DNA of 64,000 nucleotides from the human T2T-CHM13v2.0 reference genome, Homo sapiens: NCBI RefSeq assembly GCF_009914755.1, contig NC_060929.1. The stretch is one strand, 5' to 3'. Below, piece by piece: positions 57,966-64,000 of the stretch. The translations under genes and the position numbers were made by a program. The notes under the pieces are model-generated. The model saw only the letters and a program-made list of their open reading frames with translations. It had not been told where the DNA came from and searched no databases. The first letter of the stretch is position 1. The number at the start of each line of letters is the position of its first letter.

Positions 57966-60900
57966 TAAGGTATGGCTTGACATACATTTTGGAAGATGCC
58001 TGGAGTATAAGTTATGGGTGACTGCAGAATCCTGATCTGGTAGGCTCTAGATCCTGAAGGCATTTTTCCTAAGTTAAAATTATGCATATATGCAAGATAA
58101 GGAACATGTATGTACCCCTTGTCTGGGATAGATGGCAGGCTAAGGGACCAATTTTAAGAAGACCAAGTGGACCTGCCATCTGGTATTTGTAATCATCAAC
58201 TTCCATGTATGCCTCACCACTGGACTAGAAGCTACTTGAAGACAAACATTGTAAATTGTTCTCCAGCTCTTTCAGCATCAGTACAGAAAGCATTTTATGG
58301 ATCTTGTGTGGCTGAGAGAATTAATGCATGAATGAACACTGCAGACCCTTAAAATCCTGTTAGGCAATATCGTTCCTTTCTAGACTCATCTTGCAGGCTC
58401 TATTCAAAAATGAAGCCAAAGGAAATTAGGATTTCAATCATTAGCTTTCCATGGCATATTTAGTTTGCTTTGTGTACATTTTCTCAAGCAATAGGCATTG
58501 TGTATGCCTTTGCTTTTGTAAAATATCCTACAGAGTTATTGGGAGAGATATAAGAAATATGTTACCAGATTCAAAAAGCACATAAGATAACCTGGAAGGC
58601 AAAACCAAACCACAAAGGAAACCATATATAAAACATTTAATTTCCAAACTGTACTTTACAAATAAGCATTTTGCAATTTTGATTAATCAATATTTATCAG
58701 CCAGTCTTTGTGGCTTGTTTCCTTTGAGCAAAGCACAATGCTGATGCAGTTTTTAGGAACTGCATACCTAGACGGATGAAATAGTAAACCCTGGGGCTGC
58801 TGCTATCAAAGGGCTTGTAAAACAGCATTTTCTGGATAGCCCATCATCTAATATGGTGCAATATGCGAGGTCTGCTTTCAGCTAGAACCAAATGTAAAAA
58901 TTATGATTTTTATCAAAGAGCAAGCATGCCAAAGCCCTCTCCTGCTGCTGCAGCACCGGGCAAATGCAGGCCATGAGACCAAAAGCCAATGACCAAGGAA
59001 GGTTAAGGAAACACAGAAGAGAGCAAAAGCAAAAGCTATGAGACAGAGCGAAATCACATTGACAGATAGTTAAAGCCTGGAGCCCTCTTGTGTGATAATA
59101 CCTGGAGCACACTGAAGGAACCTGTGCAGTTGTTACAGCATGGCTTTAATATGTACTTTGCAATCATTGCAGATGATGAATGCATATTCTGCTGTTATTT
59201 TTTTCTTTGTCAAATTGTGTGTCAAATATAGGATGATAGTAAAAAAAAAATTAAATGCCATATACCCCCATGCTTTTTTATTATCATCCCTAGGTAGAAC
59301 TGCTGAGAACAACTTCATACATTTAATTTCAAGTCATTTAAAAAATAAGCTTAGAAACATAGAATCATTATGTAATCATTTCTCTTGCTCCCTCTGTGTG
59401 CATACATGTGTAGACATGGTTTTTTAAACATAAAAGAGAATTTATGACATTGATATTAACATCCATAGAATTAAGTCACCATTCTTACAGAGGGATAAAA
59501 GACAAAAATACTGATTATGAGAGACACAAAGAAGAACTAGCAGACCCTAAGTTATAGAAGATAGCAAAGAGGGAGCATCTGGGCAAAAATTGAGATAATT
59601 TCTTTACTGTGAATGTGATTAGGAAATACACAAATTCCTTAGTGAATAAGACTTTAAAATGCATGTCAGATTTAAAACTCTATTGGCTTTATCTATCATT
59701 TATCTGTTTTATTTTCTTATTGTATATCATATGCTATATACACACATGCACACTTATTCCTTACTATAAATTTAGTCATTCTCAATCTTAAATTCCCAAG
59801 TTGAAATATTCTTGAACATAGGATTAGACTCAGAAAACCCCACCTGATAATTACCGCCAACATTCTGGTTCCTAATGTGTTGCCAACTAGGAAACCCTCA
59901 CCTGTCACAGAATGTTTCTCTAACAGAGTTGATTCTTGTGTGAATGTGTTTGAATCATAATTATGCCAGCATTTTCTCCATTGTTGTTCCTTGGAAGACT
60001 TTACCTGGGGTTAGTAATAGGGAAACTATGGGGGAAAAGGTGTTTCATGTACAAATAAGTTTGGGAAAGAGGGGTGAACAGTGGTTCAGGAATTCTGAAC
60101 CTCAATATGATACTAATACTCATTATACATGCCAAATGTTTATTATGCGTGCCAGAGGAATACATAATATACCTGGTCTTCAACGTGATTATTTGTTGAA
60201 GGAGCGTTATTTTCAGCCATGGACCTGTTTACATCGTCTAGTGCTTGTGTTTGATGGAATCCCGTGTTGGAAATGTTGTTTCAGTCCTAATAGTGTAGGG
60301 TGCATTAAGTTTTTAAGACTGGGGCAATCCATCAGGGAGTGTATTCTGGGAGAATTCAAGCAGAGACATGTTTTAAAGGAAGTAAGAAAAGTTCTGTAAG
60401 TTATATAATTATAAAAATAAGACCAACATTAAGTTGTAGTAAATTTTGTTGTTTGTTCCTTTCTAACACTAGAGCACCCACAACTTTTACCTTCCATATC
60501 AGTTTGCAGACAAACCGCTAAAAGTTGCAAGAGTTCATAATGTAACTTGGCAGTAATGCTAACAATGCAATGCCTATTGCACAAAGTTTATGTCTATCTT
60601 TGTGAATCAAAATAGCTTTTGTATGATTTTCTTATTTCAAAATAACTAATATTTTTATTTCATTTTAAGCATAGCTTCTTCTCTTTCAAATACATGTTAG
60701 CTTCAAGAAAAAAGCTCACAGCTGAGCCCGGGTTTAGTCATTTGAATCCTTTGTGTCCATCAGTGATAGAAAACTTTCATATTTTCACAATATATGTAGT
60801 ATTAAATACTCCTCTGAATATTTTGCACCATTTCTATTTGGTGATTATCCATCTAGAAGTACTTGTTAAGTGGGTGTGTTTTTACACCTTTGTCCATGAT

Positions 60901-63352
60901 TATGCTGAAAAGAGAAAATCTGTTAATTGGCAGCAAATCTATTTAGGATAAAAGTATGTTGCCATTGAAATCTATTTCATTGATTTCAATGGATAGTATT
61001 TATTTTTGTTTCATAAATTCCACTAGAATTGAACAATTTGTCAAGTACAAAATGGTAAGGAACATGGATTTATTTAAAGGCTACATTACAAAAATTAAAT
61101 GTAATCCTTTCTCAAAGTCATGAAACTCACCATTTTACTCGATTACATTCTAGACTAATAAAAATGACTTCCGAAAGAAAAAAAAAGTTTGTTTTCCATT
61201 CATTTGATAATAAATAAATGAATGGATGCAGAAAAACAGAACCGATTTCATCATGTTGTGCCAAAATGACATACTTATCTATTAAATGATTTAACTTACA
61301 TAAAGCATTAAAATTTCTCATGCAATAATATTATTCCTGTTCTTCTATCTTCATCCTTAAACAAAAACAAATTCTCAAAGCTTCAATTCACAAATCTTTT
61401 TTTAAAAGTGTCAATAACACCAGTAAATCATGATTTGTGTGACCAGAAACAATGGTACAATACTGGTAATAAAATGTCAGCTGACATCTATTGAGCACCC
61501 ACTATATACTGACAACTGTAACACCCTGTTTTTTCCCTTGTTCCACAGTGAGTTCTAGGATTCACATTTGTTGCCCAGGGACATTTTTACATCAAGCCAG
61601 AGTGTGTGGAACCAGCCCAACCTGAGTTATAAGGATTAAAACGGCAGATAGGTTGTTTCCTCAAAAGAAATATTGGGAGTCCATTACCAAAATGAGGGTA
61701 ATTTATACTTTGCAGGAAAATCATGATTTTACACCTGCCAACTTTTTGAAAGAATCACTAACACATATATTTAAAAGAATTTTATTCTTCAGTCTCCTCC
61801 CACTTACAGTAATGGTATGCTACTTTATTTAATATCACTTTTCTTGAATTCTCAGCCGCTCTTGATCCTCTTCCCCACCTCCTTTGCTAATTTTTAAATC
61901 TTACATCTACCATTAAAGGTGGGTACTTGCCAACTTTCTACCCTCTTACCATTGTCCACTGTCTCTTTCTCTTAAACAACTATTCTGGGGCAGTCAGATT
62001 GTTGTTGACAATATGGAGAGTGGACTGAAATCTACAACAATTTTCAAAATAAGAGCAGTAAATCTTCTCTCCAGTTCTAACCTTTGAGAGGAGAGTTCTG
62101 TTCTGGGCAAAATGCCCAGCACAGAATCTGCATCAGTGTTCTCTGAAAATGGGCAAATAATATTATCCATTGATGTTAAAACGTTTAAGGAAAAATAGAC
62201 CATCAGGAAAGTTTTATTATTAATTAAATGTACAAATGCATCAATTAATTTTTAACCTAACAGATTTTCTGATCACTGGTTTACAGCAAAGATTAATGAT
62301 GATTCTTTGCACACAGATATTTTCTCTTACAAAAACAAAGTGAGAAAATCTAGTATCAAATGGTTCCTATTTAAAGGTTTTCAAAGAGCCTTACTTATAT
62401 TACCAAGTGAAATTAAGTTAATGTTGTTATTTTCTGTTGTCAAAAGAGCAACTACTCATACAACATGTTTATTATAAAATTCAATGAAAACAAATTACAA
62501 ATAAGAAAGAAAAGATGCAGATTTGTTTCGGAAATGTATTTTCATTGAATATTGTCATGCTATTTTGACATTAAGCAGTTTTATTTTACCAAGTAAATGA
62601 AAATCAAGATGTTCTGAAGAAAGTAGATGCTCATGTAAAGTTGTACTACATATGTAATATACTTTGAGCAGCAAGTCAAATTTTAATATACTGAGCAGTT
62701 TTTACATCCACAGCAATATTCTTTTAATGGCATATTCAAGTTTGAAATCCACAAACATCAGGAAATGCTATTTAAAAATATTTCAGGTATTTAAATAAAA
62801 TAGCTTGTGGAAGAACTAAGAAAAAAAGTATTGAGTCAACATTTTTTGAATTAAGAAGACAAAAGTAAGCACCTTTACATCTAGCTAGTAGAACCACTCA
62901 TCAACAGAACATGTAGTAGCTACCTATCCTTGCAATTGCTGCATTATATGAGGATAATTGAATTTTGATCTCCTGGAACTTACAATTAAAGACCAGTAAT
63001 GATGAAGAGAAATATGGGTTACTGTTGAATATTTAGGATGATATATTTTATGTCTCAATGTCCACTCTCTAAGAAAGTTATAATAAGTGTATTTTTTATA
63101 ATAACAACAGATTTCTTAGGTTAGTAATCTGTTGCTACTTGTGTTTCTATTTTTTTCAAGTGCAATTATTTCTGATCTATGTCCAAAAATTATTAAATTG
63201 ATAAATATTTTCAGTCAATGTGCCACCACTGACAAATGTGATATAAAAAAATTAAGATTGCCAAAGGCTCTTAGACTATAATTTCTTCAATAGATCTTAG
63301 AGCTAGTGAATTTATTTGGCTTTCTACTCCTGCCTTTAAAAGATTTGCCATT

Positions 63353-64000
63353 CTGGGTGATCATTAAAAAGTCGGGAAACAACAGGTGCTGGAGAGGCTG
63401 TGGAGAAATAGGAACGCTTTTATACTGTTGGTGGGAAAGTAAATTAGTTCAACCATTGTGGAAGACAGTGTGGCGATTCCTCAAGGATCTAGAACCAGAA
63501 AAACCATTTGACCCAGCAATCCCATTACCGGGTATATACCCAAAGGATTATAAATCATTCTACTCTAAAGACACATGCACACATATGTTTATTGCAGCAC
63601 TATTCACAATAGCAAAGACTTGGAAGCAACCCAAATGCCATTAATGGTAGACTGGATTAAGAAAATGTGGCACATATATACCATGAAATACTATGCAGCC
63701 ATAATAAAGGATGAGTTCATGTTGTTTGCAGGGACATGGATGAAGCTGGAAACCGTCATTCTCAGCAAACTAACACAAGAACAGAAAACCAAATACCACA
63801 TGTTCTCACTCATAAGTGGGAGTTGAACAAGGAGAACACATGGACACAGGGAGGGGAACATCAGACACTGGGGCCTGTTGTGGGGTGGGGGGATAGGGGA
63901 GGGATAGCATTAGGAGAAATACCTGATGTAGATGACGGGTTCATGGGTGCAGCAAACAACCATGGCACGTGTATACCAATGTAACACACCTGCACGTTCT
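63353..64000 (+). mobile_element. 5'-truncated L1PA (L1PA7/8-like) 3' end, continuing past the window
   Basis: ORF2 C-terminus ([26 protein letters not shown]...) then 3'UTR 'gatgtagatgacgggttcatgggtgcagcaaacaaccatggcacgtgtatacc'. Confidence 0.93.

Noticed and set aside
59944-60399. 151-aa plus-strand ORF
   Set aside because: No recognisable domain or convincing splice or promoter context; within what chance can give in 64 kb.
61994-62145. Minus-strand acceptor-like 'gcccattttcag' with an open frame
   Set aside because: The sequence resembles the MIR core (attatccccattttacagatgaggaaactgaggc), so it is more simply a SINE relic.

Overview
This is AT-rich, CpG-poor anthropoid-primate (most likely human) intronic or intergenic DNA dominated by interspersed repeats. 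It holds 10 Alus, a full-length decayed Hsmar1 mariner split by two Alus (4187-6104), a complete LTR-int-LTR MLT1A-type MaLR provirus (9354-11956), a 3.3-kb 5'-truncated L1PA (43235-46533), a second L1PA 3' end running off the window, several solo LTRs, hAT/Tigger MERs and many MIR/L2 relics. I see no intact long protein-coding ORF; every long ORF in the track derives from a transposon. The most notable unexplained structures are: (1) a ~330-bp, ~84%-identical copy of 13007-13336 fused to the damaged right TIR of the Hsmar1; (2) a perfect 27-bp fold-back with an adjacent tandem duplication at 34312-34467; (3) a ~235-bp inversion inside the MaLR internal region; (4) a series of strong minus-strand splice acceptors that, read in phase 1, give a 33-nt Cys-rich cassette and several short alternative C-termini, suggesting the alternatively spliced 3' end of a large gene I cannot name. 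Repeat family calls come from recalled consensus sequences, not from a search. I cannot support a claim of a wholly new biological system here.
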